64,000 nt of DNA from positions 3,857 to 67,856 of the IMG/VR virus record IMGVR_UViG_3300022602_000083, one strand, 5' to 3'. The number at the start of each line of letters is the position of its first letter. The stretch's first letter is position 1. Below the pieces are notes generated by a model. The model made no database searches. It had not been told where the DNA came from and saw only the letters and a program-made list of their open reading frames with translations. Shown here one piece after another: positions 19,144 through 26,538 of this stretch. Made by a program: the position numbers and the translations under genes. This DNA is from a virus.

Positions 19144-19473
19144 CTATTCAGTAATTATTACTTCGCTTACATCATCTGACTCTAGATTGCTTCTATAGTC
19201 AGCCTCAAAGATTTCATTGATTCCTACATGAAAACGATTGAGGATACGACGAGGGCGTGAATTGCGACGCTGTGTTGATTCATAGCATCCCATGTAGCTC
19301 TCGTGGTAGTATTCATGTCCTTTAAACCGTAGGTTCTTGATTACGGTATAAGGTTGAGCTTTTGCTATTCCTTGCCCACAGTTACCACAAGTAACGTAGT
19401 CACTGAGGGCATCGTAGCCCTTAGCATCCTCGTCAGTTCGTGAGTTAACTGTGGCTACCTTTTTCTTTGGCAT
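19144..19473 (-). CDS. Zn-binding hypothetical protein
   Basis: CGNC...H..C; AGAAAGGG RBS. Confidence 0.65.
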   Translation of the reverse strand: MPKKKVATVNSRTDEDAKGYDALSDYVTCGNCGQGIAKAQPYTVIKNLRFKGHEYYHESYMGCYESTQRRNSRPRRILNRFHVGINEIFEADYRSNLESDDVSEVIITE

Positions 19474-19507
19474 TGGGTTCCCTTTCTCAGGAATTGTTTG
19501 TGTTGAG

Positions 19508-19981
19508 TTAGTTCTGCATCAATGATGCAGACATTGCTGTACTGCTCTGCAGTAACCCTTTAAAGGTCTCTGCTTTCATGCCATTAGCTAAACCAACGGC
19601 AATATTTTTGATGAGGCTGCTCGGTGTTGTACTTGGTGTGCGTAGAACGATTGCTTTAGCAAGATCTGTTTTATCATACGCATACGCAATCGCCGCACCA
19701 TACTCACACAATAGAGTTAGGTTTGAATCATCTGGTGAACATGAACTAATGGTTCTTGTTAGTACTTTCAAACTCTGACCAGGATCAGCGTTAACTAGAT
19801 GGTTTAACACCGCATCTCTGAAGTTACTATCCCTAAGAGAGTTTTCTAACAATGAGGTAGGTAAGTACCCTATTTGTAACCCATTCGCATGCTCTGCGAC
19901 ATTCTTTATCTCAGTAACCTGAAGCAGAGATACCTTCTTATCTTTATCGTAAGCAACTAGATCCTTATATTGATTGGACAT
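19508..19981 (-). CDS. Helical protein, weakly DUF4192-like
   Basis: DSNFRDAVL and AAIAY; resembles 14162..14617. Confidence 0.5.
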   Translation of the reverse strand: MSNQYKDLVAYDKDKKVSLLQVTEIKNVAEHANGLQIGYLPTSLLENSLRDSNFRDAVLNHLVNADPGQSLKVLTRTISSCSPDDSNLTLLCEYGAAIAYAYDKTDLAKAIVLRTPSTTPSSLIKNIAVGLANGMKAETFKGLLQSSTAMSASLMQN

Positions 19982-20699
19982 GGTTTGCTAACATCCTTTC
20001 TAGTTCAGTTAGTGGTTTCTTATATATGTTGCCATTCTGTACTCTGATAGGGGAACCATCCCAAAGTACAGAAACCTTGTTTGCGCCATACAGGCGTTTC
20101 TTTCTACCGCTGCAGCTATAGCAAACTTGAGCACGTTTAATAGTATGTCCTTTGATAATGCCGTGCTCACATGGAACGTAATGCCATCTTGATCCCGCAT
20201 ATCCCATAGACATATCAGGGTGTTTTGTACAGGATAGAGCACCTTCGTCATTGAAGGTACCGTCCCAACAAGTATTGCCCTGACACCAGCTATCCACAAG
20301 ACCAGTAGATGAGCATTGCCTACAACCCATCAACTTTCCTGGCTTGGTAGGTGCATCACGCTCGGTGATATAGAACTTAAAATTACGGCGGTTAACTTGC
20401 ACACCGGCATACTTCCAGATCGTATATCTAAGAGACTGTGAATCAAGGGAACTGAATGATCCACCCCAATGTGTTGATACCTGACCACCTTCAAGTGTCA
20501 TAGTATCGTCAGGGTGGATAGTGATAAGTGGGTGATAATTAGTCCATTTATTAACTATTTGGATGTCACCAGATTTATTCCACTTATTGGCATATCGAAC
20601 ACGATTACGCTGACCGTCATACAATGTGCGGTCCCATTTACTACGCCCATTGGCAAGATAGTCTTGCCACTCAGCGTATGTATATACTCTCCAACTCAT
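19965..20699 (-). CDS. Protein with Cys-rich Zn-binding insert
   Basis: CRQCSSTG...CYSCSG plus further Cys/His. Confidence 0.65.
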   Translation of the reverse strand: MSWRVYTYAEWQDYLANGRSKWDRTLYDGQRNRVRYANKWNKSGDIQIVNKWTNYHPLITIHPDDTMTLEGGQVSTHWGGSFSSLDSQSLRYTIWKYAGVQVNRRNFKFYITERDAPTKPGKLMGCRQCSSTGLVDSWCQGNTCWDGTFNDEGALSCTKHPDMSMGYAGSRWHYVPCEHGIIKGHTIKRAQVCYSCSGRKKRLYGANKVSVLWDGSPIRVQNGNIYKKPLTELERMLANHVQSI

Positions 20700-20998
20700 T
20701 GTGCCTCCATTGTCTCGAATAAGCCTACTGGCTCTGGGTCTGACATGTCAACATACTGGAACTCAATAAGTTGCTCCAGCGTGCGTTCGGATGTTTGTGT
20801 TGGGACATCATCTGTCCACCAAGTAGATGTGAGCGAGAGCACACTTGACTCAGGCTTGAGTAGTTTAAGTGCTACACCTAAGCCATCAACTAAACCATCA
20901 AAGTATGCACGGCTAAGCTGGTGCTCCTCGAAGCGTAGGTCATCCTGTGCTTCAATGATGCCACGTTCAATAGCTTTAACTATCTTCTTACGCTTCAT
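20696..20998 (-). CDS. Hypothetical protein
   Basis: ATGA coupling. Confidence 0.6.
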   Translation of the reverse strand: MKRKKIVKAIERGIIEAQDDLRFEEHQLSRAYFDGLVDGLGVALKLLKPESSVLSLTSTWWTDDVPTQTSERTLEQLIEFQYVDMSDPEPVGLFETMEAQ

Positions 20999-21255
20999 GC
21001 TTGTGCCTTAACTAGGATGCTGTGTGCATCAGCCTTGAATACTTTACCCGTCTTCCAATGAGGAATTGATGGGTGTGTTGCTGTACCGCCAGCAGCCTTC
21101 CAAGCTTCACGCTTTTCATAACTCTTGGCTGTACGACCATTGACATGGGTGAAGTTTGTCTTCTCCATCTGCTTTGGTCCTGGGTTCTTCTTAACGGCTT
21201 TGCCGTTCTTGCGATCACCAGAGGTGCTTACTTTTGCTTGTGTAACTTTTGCCAT
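20995..21255 (-). CDS. Basic hypothetical protein
   Basis: GAAAGGGG RBS, Lys-rich. Confidence 0.65.
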   Translation of the reverse strand: MAKVTQAKVSTSGDRKNGKAVKKNPGPKQMEKTNFTHVNGRTAKSYEKREAWKAAGGTATHPSIPHWKTGKVFKADAHSILVKAQA

Positions 21256-21276
21256 TTTAATGGCCCCTTTCGGAGG

Positions 21277-21429
21277 TTAGTTGGTTGCCTCTACACCTAC
21301 GTGTAGAGTAGTGATGCCGTCATTTAACAGCATCAATGCTTCTTGTCTTGTGCAGCCATGAAATAGTTGGGCCTCAATAATAAATAAGGCTTTATCCAAC
21401 CAGTTATCTGTTGTAATTTCAACTGACAT
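21277..21429 (-). CDS. 50 aa protein (not in ORF track)
   Basis: AGAAAGG RBS; MSVEITTDNWLDK... Confidence 0.55.
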   Translation of the reverse strand: MSVEITTDNWLDKALFIIEAQLFHGCTRQEALMLLNDGITTLHVGVEATN

Positions 21430-21458
21430 TGCTATGACCTTTCTCACGGTATAAGTAA

Positions 21459-21488
21459 TGAGCAGTTTTAATAGACATGCTCAGGTCT
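21459..21488 (-). ncRNA. H-type pseudoknot motif, copy 1
   Basis: AGAC-CU-GAGCA-U-GUCU-AUUAAAAC-UGCUC-A. Confidence 0.55.
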
Positions 21489-21560
21489 TCTAGTGTTGAG
21501 GGGAAAAGGGGGAATTTCGTGCCACGGCACTCCCATACACCCACAGGTACCTCACTAGCG

Positions 21561-21633
21561 TGCCCCCGGCTGGAATTGAACCAGCAACACCCACCTTAGG
21601 ACGATGGTGTTCTATCCATTGAACTACGGGGGC
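21561..21633 (-). tRNA. tRNA-Arg (anticodon CCT)
   Basis: Full cloverleaf: GCCCCCG/CGGGGGC acceptor, GTTC/GAAC D-arm, loop GT-CCT-AA, GCTGG-TTCAATT-CCAGC; no encoded CCA. Confidence 0.9.
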
Positions 21634-21636
21634 AGG

Positions 21637-21669
21637 TGAGCAGTTTTACCTCAGGTCATACTCAGGACC
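21637..21669 (-). ncRNA. H-type pseudoknot motif, copy 2
   Basis: GGUC-CU-GAGUA-U-GACC-UGAGGUAAAAC-UGCUC-A, ending 3 nt before the tRNA 5' end. Confidence 0.55.
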
Positions 21670-21677
21670 AAATCTAT

Positions 21678-21965
21678 CTATGACAATAGACCGTGCAGTT
21701 CTTCTGAAGAAAGGATGCGGTCAGTTGGTTGAGGCCAATTAACCCAGCCCTCTGGCTGTTCCTGTCCTTCTTCAAGCCATGGGGAAATACGAACTGCGTA
21801 AGGAACCTCCATTAGTCCTACTTCTGGATTTCCTGTGCCATTTTTGAATGCTTCTAGCGTAGCCTTGTAGATATCGTCTACATTATTGGCCGCTTCTACA
21901 TCCATAATGACTTGTGTAGCAACCATCATGGACACACGATGTGTGTATGTCGTTTGCTTAGTCAT
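21678..21965 (-). CDS. Hypothetical protein
   Basis: AGAAAGGG RBS before MTKQTTY. Confidence 0.65.
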   Translation of the reverse strand: MTKQTTYTHRVSMMVATQVIMDVEAANNVDDIYKATLEAFKNGTGNPEVGLMEVPYAVRISPWLEEGQEQPEGWVNWPQPTDRILSSEELHGLLS

Positions 21966-22063
21966 TTGTATCCCTTTCTGTATGTTTTGCGGATTGTTTG
22001 TGTTGGTGCATGCATGGTTTATACTCCCCATACTATGTGAGTTTATGTGCATACTATTCCTGT

Positions 22064-22360
22064 AACACTACTTGGGACAAGCCATCATCGTGTTGAGCCC
22101 ACGAAGTCTCAACGAGGATGAAGGTTCAACCAGGACGGGTCGGATACACCTATTAGCGAACTCATAAGAGTTGCGTTCGGAGCCTTAGCAGAACGTCTCC
22201 CTAACTCTTCCTTTCGTGCGGATATGTATGTCTTGGATTGCTATGCAATCCGAGGCCAGGACAGACCACAGTGATTACTCATCGAGTGTGCTGTCGAGGC
22301 TTCGCATGGCATAGAAAATAGGCGGGGGAGCGTACCCTCTGTCGCTCAACCCCGCCTTTC
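22064..22360 (+). ncRNA. Candidate ~300 nt rod-shaped sRNA, antisense to the early operon
   Basis: ORF-free; TACTAT at 22052; nested stems whose G-U pairs favour the + strand; terminal hairpin 22320-22360. Confidence 0.5.
22316..22360. terminator. Bidirectional terminator-like hairpin
   Basis: AAAAT-AGGCGGGG-GAGCG...CGCTC-AA-CCCCGCCT-TTC. Confidence 0.65.
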
Positions 22361-22507
22361 TCAGTTAAAGTTCTACTGCTATCCAAAAGCATAGGAAATC
22401 TAAACTAATGTAATATTTATCAATAGAGAAGCCAACGGCAAAGCGTTTAGACATGCCCATCTGTAACCAATACTTGTTGGCTATTCTAATCTCAGTACTC
22501 TTTATCA

Positions 22508-22762
22508 TTAGTGCTCACGCTCCTCATATGCCTGTAATGCATACTGTAGGTTGTTGAAATACTCACCACGATGGCAGGTACCACGGGCGTGGTTGTATGT
22601 CCACACTACAAAGGGGTCATATTCACTGCGTGGGGCTAGGCACAGCACCACATCGGTGTATTCGTCGGCTTGTTTGTGTTGGAGCACTGTTGCCCCTGTG
22701 GACTTACCACCATCACCCTGCAATACTATGCCGGGTTTGATTGTGCTTACATCTTCTCCCAT
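22508..22762 (-). CDS. Hypothetical phage protein
   Basis: GGAGG RBS; PFVVW...GEYF. Confidence 0.65.
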   Translation of the reverse strand: MGEDVSTIKPGIVLQGDGGKSTGATVLQHKQADEYTDVVLCLAPRSEYDPFVVWTYNHARGTCHRGEYFNNLQYALQAYEEREH

Positions 22763-22995
22763 TATTCCTCCAGTAGGTCTATGTCTACCACCGGTGTGGT
22801 AGAACGGATTTTGCGGGTGCCATTGAGCGACCACTCAATAAGCATAGGTTCACCAATAACAGCATGCTTAATCTGTATGTATGGTGTCCACTCTAAATCC
22901 CTGACTAAGAACTCACCTTGGTCAGGAATACGGCGGAATATCTTTTTCTTTGGGTCTATCTCATAGGTACTGTTCTTAGTTATTACTTGGTACAT
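22762..22995 (-). CDS. Hypothetical phage protein
   Basis: AAGGAG RBS; TKNSTYEID...RSTTPV. Confidence 0.65.
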   Translation of the reverse strand: MYQVITKNSTYEIDPKKKIFRRIPDQGEFLVRDLEWTPYIQIKHAVIGEPMLIEWSLNGTRKIRSTTPVVDIDLLEE

Positions 22996-23126
22996 GCCAG
23001 TCTCCTTGTACGATGGCTTGCTGTGTCTTAAGTGTGTGTACATCTAACTTAAGTCGGGTTATCTCAAGAGCCATAGCCTGTGCTTGTATAGTCAGTTCCA
23101 CTAGGCGTTGCTCCATTGCTCTCTTC

Positions 23127-23459
23127 TTACGCACTGATTCTCTCCTTTCTGTATAGGTTGGCTAATACCTGCTCTAATGAAAAGCAGGGTGTATTCATTG
23201 TGATAGCACCACGCTCTTCGGGTGTAGTGCCACCTTGGATTGAGTAACGATCATCTCTACTGACTGCGTCAGCAAGGCATTGTTGCTTGACTGGACAATC
23301 CGCACAGATACGCTTAGCTTCTGCTGCACGAGCCAGTTTGGCTGGGCCACGCTCATATACGCCGTAGTAGAAGATGTCCGTGTCCATACCTTTGCACTTG
23401 GCATCTTCGTGCCAACTGAGGTCTGCCCAGTCTGCTGAATGGTAGATTGCATCGCTCAC
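23127..23459 (-). CDS. whiB: WhiB-family Fe-S transcription factor
   Basis: W...AKC...AKRICADCPVKQQCL...GGTTPEER. Confidence 0.9.
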   Translation of the reverse strand: MSDAIYHSADWADLSWHEDAKCKGMDTDIFYYGVYERGPAKLARAAEAKRICADCPVKQQCLADAVSRDDRYSIQGGTTPEERGAITMNTPCFSLEQVLANLYRKERISA

Positions 23460-23614
23460 TCTTTGTCCTCTCTGAAATCCCAATCTTCTTGGTCAATCTT
23501 GTACTGACGCTCGATCAGGATAGCAGCTAACGACAGTACGATCAACAGTACGATAAATAATCCAAACATAATGCTTCCTTTCTTATAGAGGGTAAGAGGC
23601 ACACAGGATTACAT

Positions 23615-23779
23615 TTACGCCAGCACTTGGCGACCTGTGTACCTCTCGTCCGCTACAACTGGAGAAAAATCGGCGGGGACTTTGACAGTCTTAGATAAAG
23701 AGATAGAAGAAGAAGAACAACCACAAGATAGAGTTACCTTGATAGTAATCTTATGAGTAGTAGTGATAGTAGTAGTCAT
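23615..23779 (-). CDS. 54 aa Thr/Ser-rich peptide (not in ORF track)
   Basis: ATGA-coupled ORF MTTTITTTHKITIKVTLSCGCSSSS... Confidence 0.4.
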   Translation of the reverse strand: MTTTITTTHKITIKVTLSCGCSSSSISLSKTVKVPADFSPVVADERYTGRQVLA

Positions 23780-23979
23780 CTGCCAGAACTCCTTCCATTT
23801 AATAGGTCAGGGCTATCTGCCTTGACATAGGTAAAGCCTTGCTTAGGCATCAAGATAAGGCGAAAGCCCGCCATACGATCTCTAATGCCCTTAGATACAC
23901 ACTCACTAGCCATACAATAGGCATAGCCAGCCTCTATACGCTCAGGGCTAACCAAAGCGTCACAATACGGACAATTCAT
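23776..23979 (-). CDS. DksA/TraR-like Zn-finger small protein
   Basis: CPYC...ERIEAGYAYC...C; AGGAGG RBS. Confidence 0.55.
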   Translation of the reverse strand: MNCPYCDALVSPERIEAGYAYCMASECVSKGIRDRMAGFRLILMPKQGFTYVKADSPDLLNGRSSGR

Positions 23980-24017
23980 AATAACCTCCTAGTAGTAATA
24001 AAGTAATAGCCATACAA

Positions 24018-24113
24018 CACCAGTAATAACAGCACCCAAAGAGTTCACCAGTAATAACCTGACAGCCCCAAAGACTGCACTAGTAATAACCTGATAACAG
24101 CACCCGAAGGGTA
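24018..24113 (+). repeat. Three imperfect tandem repeats
   Basis: CACYAGTAATAAC at 24018, 24046 and 24078, each followed by AGC(A)CCC(A/G)AAG. Confidence 0.8.
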
Positions 24114-24309
24114 CGCTAGACCTGGTTGTACGGCTATGAAGCCACACGGCTACGCAGCCAGTGGCTTAAAATGAGTGGGGTAATCTCTCGCTTGGGGATT
24201 GCAGGACTGTAATCGCTGCTACAGGTGTTCCACCCCATCTATACCCATAGGGGCTACCTATGAGCATAGAAAGGGCGGGGGACAATACAGCCCCCGACCT
24301 TCCACCCTA

Positions 24310-24792
24310 TTAGACTAGGGAATCTACCTTGATAGAAGGCGCAAGCAACGCCAATTTCTCACGGATAGACATAAGCAAGAGGGATTCCTTCTCGCTATCC
24401 TCTGAAACAGCCAGAGTTAGATTGTTCAGAGCAGAGTTGATAGCCTTGTATTGGGCTAACAACGATGGTGCTGGCTTGACTGCCTGTGACTTAACACGCA
24501 TCAACTCGGCAATCATAGCCGTCTCGTTATCCTGCACTACAATCTCGTTGTAATGCTCCCCAATAAATGCGGGGGACAACAGGCTCACAGCGATACCCGA
24601 TTGAGTATGGTAGTAAGCAGCATAGACGAAGCCAACAGCAGACTTCTTGGTGAAATAGCCCAAGATGTCTGATGGCTTAGCGTCTGGGTACGCCTTGAAT
24701 AGTGGGGAGATAGTGTCTATCTTCCACTGCTTGGCATTGTTAAACAAGCCGGCAATAGCCTTGGCTTGGTCCTGCATTGTGGTTGTGGTCAT
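24310..24792 (-). CDS. First gene of the early operon, hypothetical
   Basis: GGAGAGG RBS before MTTTTMQDQ. Confidence 0.65.
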   Translation of the reverse strand: MTTTTMQDQAKAIAGLFNNAKQWKIDTISPLFKAYPDAKPSDILGYFTKKSAVGFVYAAYYHTQSGIAVSLLSPAFIGEHYNEIVVQDNETAMIAELMRVKSQAVKPAPSLLAQYKAINSALNNLTLAVSEDSEKESLLLMSIREKLALLAPSIKVDSLV

Positions 24793-24824
24793 AATGACCT
24801 CTCCGCTAGGGACACTCGCCCTAG

Positions 24825-24877
24825 TCGCCCCCACCTATGGGGTCGAACCATAGCCACGCCTATCGTGTGGGGAGCGA
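24825..24877 (-). ncRNA. tRNA-elbow-like three-way junction
   Basis: Closing stem, ACG-AUAGG-CGU D-like hairpin and CUAUGG-UUCGACC-CCAUAG T-like hairpin. Confidence 0.45.
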
Positions 24878-25133
24878 GAGATTACCCTTACTCTTCCTTC
24901 TGCCCCGCTTGGGTTACACCTATGATTTAACACCCCCTACCCTTAAACACCCTGCTACCCATGATTCGGGCAGACGAGATAGATGGTTGGATGTTTTTGG
25001 GCTAATACAGTGGCCTAAGGTGACGGGCATCACAGGCGGGAAAATTGGGGCAGCTGTGGAGCTATGAGCATAGGGTGGAAATTTTTTGGGGGTAGCTGGG
25101 GAGTAGGCAGTGGCTAAGTGGTAGAGTTACACC

Positions 25134-25598
25134 ATGGCTAAGAAGAAGATCTATCAGTTACCAGAGGACGAAGCTAACAAGCGTCTGAATCTGGGTTTGC
25201 GGACAGCTGAGAAGCTTGGGCTGCCTGAAGATGAGGTAGCGGTCCAGGTAGAGGGCTATAATGCCAATTACAGTAGCTATGTGGGTAGATACTACTGGCC
25301 TAAGGGTTTTGAGGTAATAGAAGCCCCTACGAGCGATAAGTCTAATTCTAAGGATAAAAGAGATAGAGCTATCGAGTGTGCATACAATCGGAAAGCTGAA
25401 GTGCTAGTGATTGTCTTTAGAGCTCCTAAGAGTACTAACATTCCTCCATTGATCAGATATAACGATGTGCCAGTGGAAATGTGGGAGAACCTGAAGCAGT
25501 CCGACTCTACAGGTAAGTTCTTGAAGTATTCAGGTATAGACGATGTAGCATGGTCAAAGACCAGTATTCCTGCTTTAACTGCAGAGTTTGGTGAATAA
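25134..25598 (+). CDS. KTSC-domain protein
   Basis: AYN...LVIVFR...YNDVP.EMWENL...STGKF; leaderless TAGAGT-N6-ATG. Confidence 0.7.
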   Translation: MAKKKIYQLPEDEANKRLNLGLRTAEKLGLPEDEVAVQVEGYNANYSSYVGRYYWPKGFEVIEAPTSDKSNSKDKRDRAIECAYNRKAEVLVIVFRAPKSTNIPPLIRYNDVPVEMWENLKQSDSTGKFLKYSGIDDVAWSKTSIPALTAEFGE

Positions 25599-25617
25599 TC
25601 GGGTATACTAAGGGTAG
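25598..25617 (+). promoter_or_regulatory. Conserved phage promoter motif
   Basis: ATCGGGTATACTAAGGGTAG. Confidence 0.7.
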
Positions 25618-25669
25618 AAGCGCCGAACGGGCTTCTTACTAACTTATATCGTCTAAGGAGATATATATC

Positions 25670-26161
25670 ATGGCACACCCATATCATCAGGATCGTTACA
25701 AGGATCCATTTACTACCAATAGCGTAAGTAATAATCTAAAGCCAAATGAGATCACAATCCAGTCGCTATTCCCACAGTTCAATCGTTGGGCTATCGGATT
25801 TGATCCACTTCTACATACCCTACAGCAGGTAAGCTCTACAGCTAAGGCTAGTAGCTATCCTCCATACAACATCTACAAGGATGAGGACAAATACGTCCTA
25901 GAACTGGCTGTAGCCGGTTTTGGTAAGGAAGATATCACCATTAGCGTCAAAGAGCTCCAGTTGACCGTAGAAGGCCAATTAGAGGCATCTGAGAAGGAAC
26001 CTATCCATAAGGGAATCGCTACCCGTGACTTCAAGCAAAACTTCGTTCTAGCGGAGTATGTAGTAGTCAAGGGAGCAGAGCTCAAGGATGGAATGCTCCG
26101 CATTACGCTAGAGCAAGAACTTCCTGAAGAGCTACAACCGAAGTTGATCAAAATCAAATAA
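25670..26161 (+). CDS. Small heat-shock protein (Hsp20/IbpA-like)
   Basis: IGFD, YPPYNI, LAVAGF, HKGIA.R.F and LKDGML. Confidence 0.92.
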   Translation: MAHPYHQDRYKDPFTTNSVSNNLKPNEITIQSLFPQFNRWAIGFDPLLHTLQQVSSTAKASSYPPYNIYKDEDKYVLELAVAGFGKEDITISVKELQLTVEGQLEASEKEPIHKGIATRDFKQNFVLAEYVVVKGAELKDGMLRITLEQELPEELQPKLIKIK

Positions 26162-26181
26162 ATCGGATATACTGTAAGTAG
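26162..26181 (+). promoter_or_regulatory. Promoter motif variant upstream of tRNA
   Basis: ATCGGATATACTGTAAGTAG. Confidence 0.6.
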
Positions 26182-26238
26182 AGCCCCTAGTTTCTACGGC
26201 GAATACGTGGCTAGGGGCTTCTTACTGGAGCATTTTAA

Positions 26239-26310
26239 TGGTCGTTAGCTCATTGGTAGAGCGCCCTACTCATAATCGGGAGGTACCTGGTTCGATTCCA
26301 GGAGGACCAA
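26239..26310 (+). tRNA. tRNA with CAT anticodon (Met or Ile2)
   Basis: TAGCTC-ATTGGTA-GAGC, loop CT-CAT-AA, CCTGG-TTCGATT-CCAGG; one mismatch each in the acceptor and anticodon stems. Confidence 0.8.
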
Positions 26311-26331
26311 CGTTGTCAAGCTCAATTCCGT

Positions 26332-26538
26332 ATGAAAGATTGCGATTGGCTAGGCAACCCTATTAAAGAAAGAAAGACGATGACAGAAGACAGTAGAGAT
26401 ATGATTGATAGAGCCCGCAAGGATAAACGCTTGCAGGAGTCAATAAAGCGAACGTTAGCCGAACATGGAGAGCTATTAGCTAAGCTAGACGATTACAAAG
26501 ATGGAATCCCATACTGGGAAGAACAAATACACGATTAA
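26332..26538 (+). CDS. Hypothetical protein
   Basis: ORF; start uncertain. Confidence 0.5.
   Translation: MKDCDWLGNPIKERKTMTEDSRDMIDRARKDKRLQESIKRTLAEHGELLAKLDDYKDGIPYWEEQIHD

Larger units (their letters stand above)
14144..22681 (-). repeat. Dispersed oriented motif CAACACAAACA (8 perfect copies)
   Basis: TGTTTGTGTTG on the + strand at 14144, 15251, 16512, 18264, 19495, 20792, 21995 and 22671. Confidence 0.9.
24178..24887. repeat. 15 bp perfect long-range inverted repeat flanking the first early gene
   Basis: GGGTAATCTCTCGCT at 24178-24192 and AGCGAGAGATTACCC at 24873-24887. Confidence 0.8.

Noticed and set aside
21490-21560. Theta (HDV-like) ribozyme after the tRNA-Arg 3' end
   Set aside because: The segment can form stems (CUAGUG/CACUAG, GUGCC/GGCAC), but I could not fit the nested double pseudoknot or catalytic C.
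21561-21633. tRNA as prophage attachment site
   Set aside because: No integrase, no duplicated tRNA 3' end, and phage-type genes on both sides.
23690-23779. TAG/GAA microsatellite-like tract
   Set aside because: Explained by a coupled Thr/Ser-rich ORF on the - strand (23615..23779).
24018-24113. Mini CRISPR array
   Set aside because: Units are short and degenerate, the intervening sequences resemble each other rather than being unique spacers, and no cas genes are present.
24173-24899. Insertion sequence or retron bounded by the inverted repeat
   Set aside because: The enclosed ORF has no transposase or reverse-transcriptase motifs and no target-site duplication is apparent.
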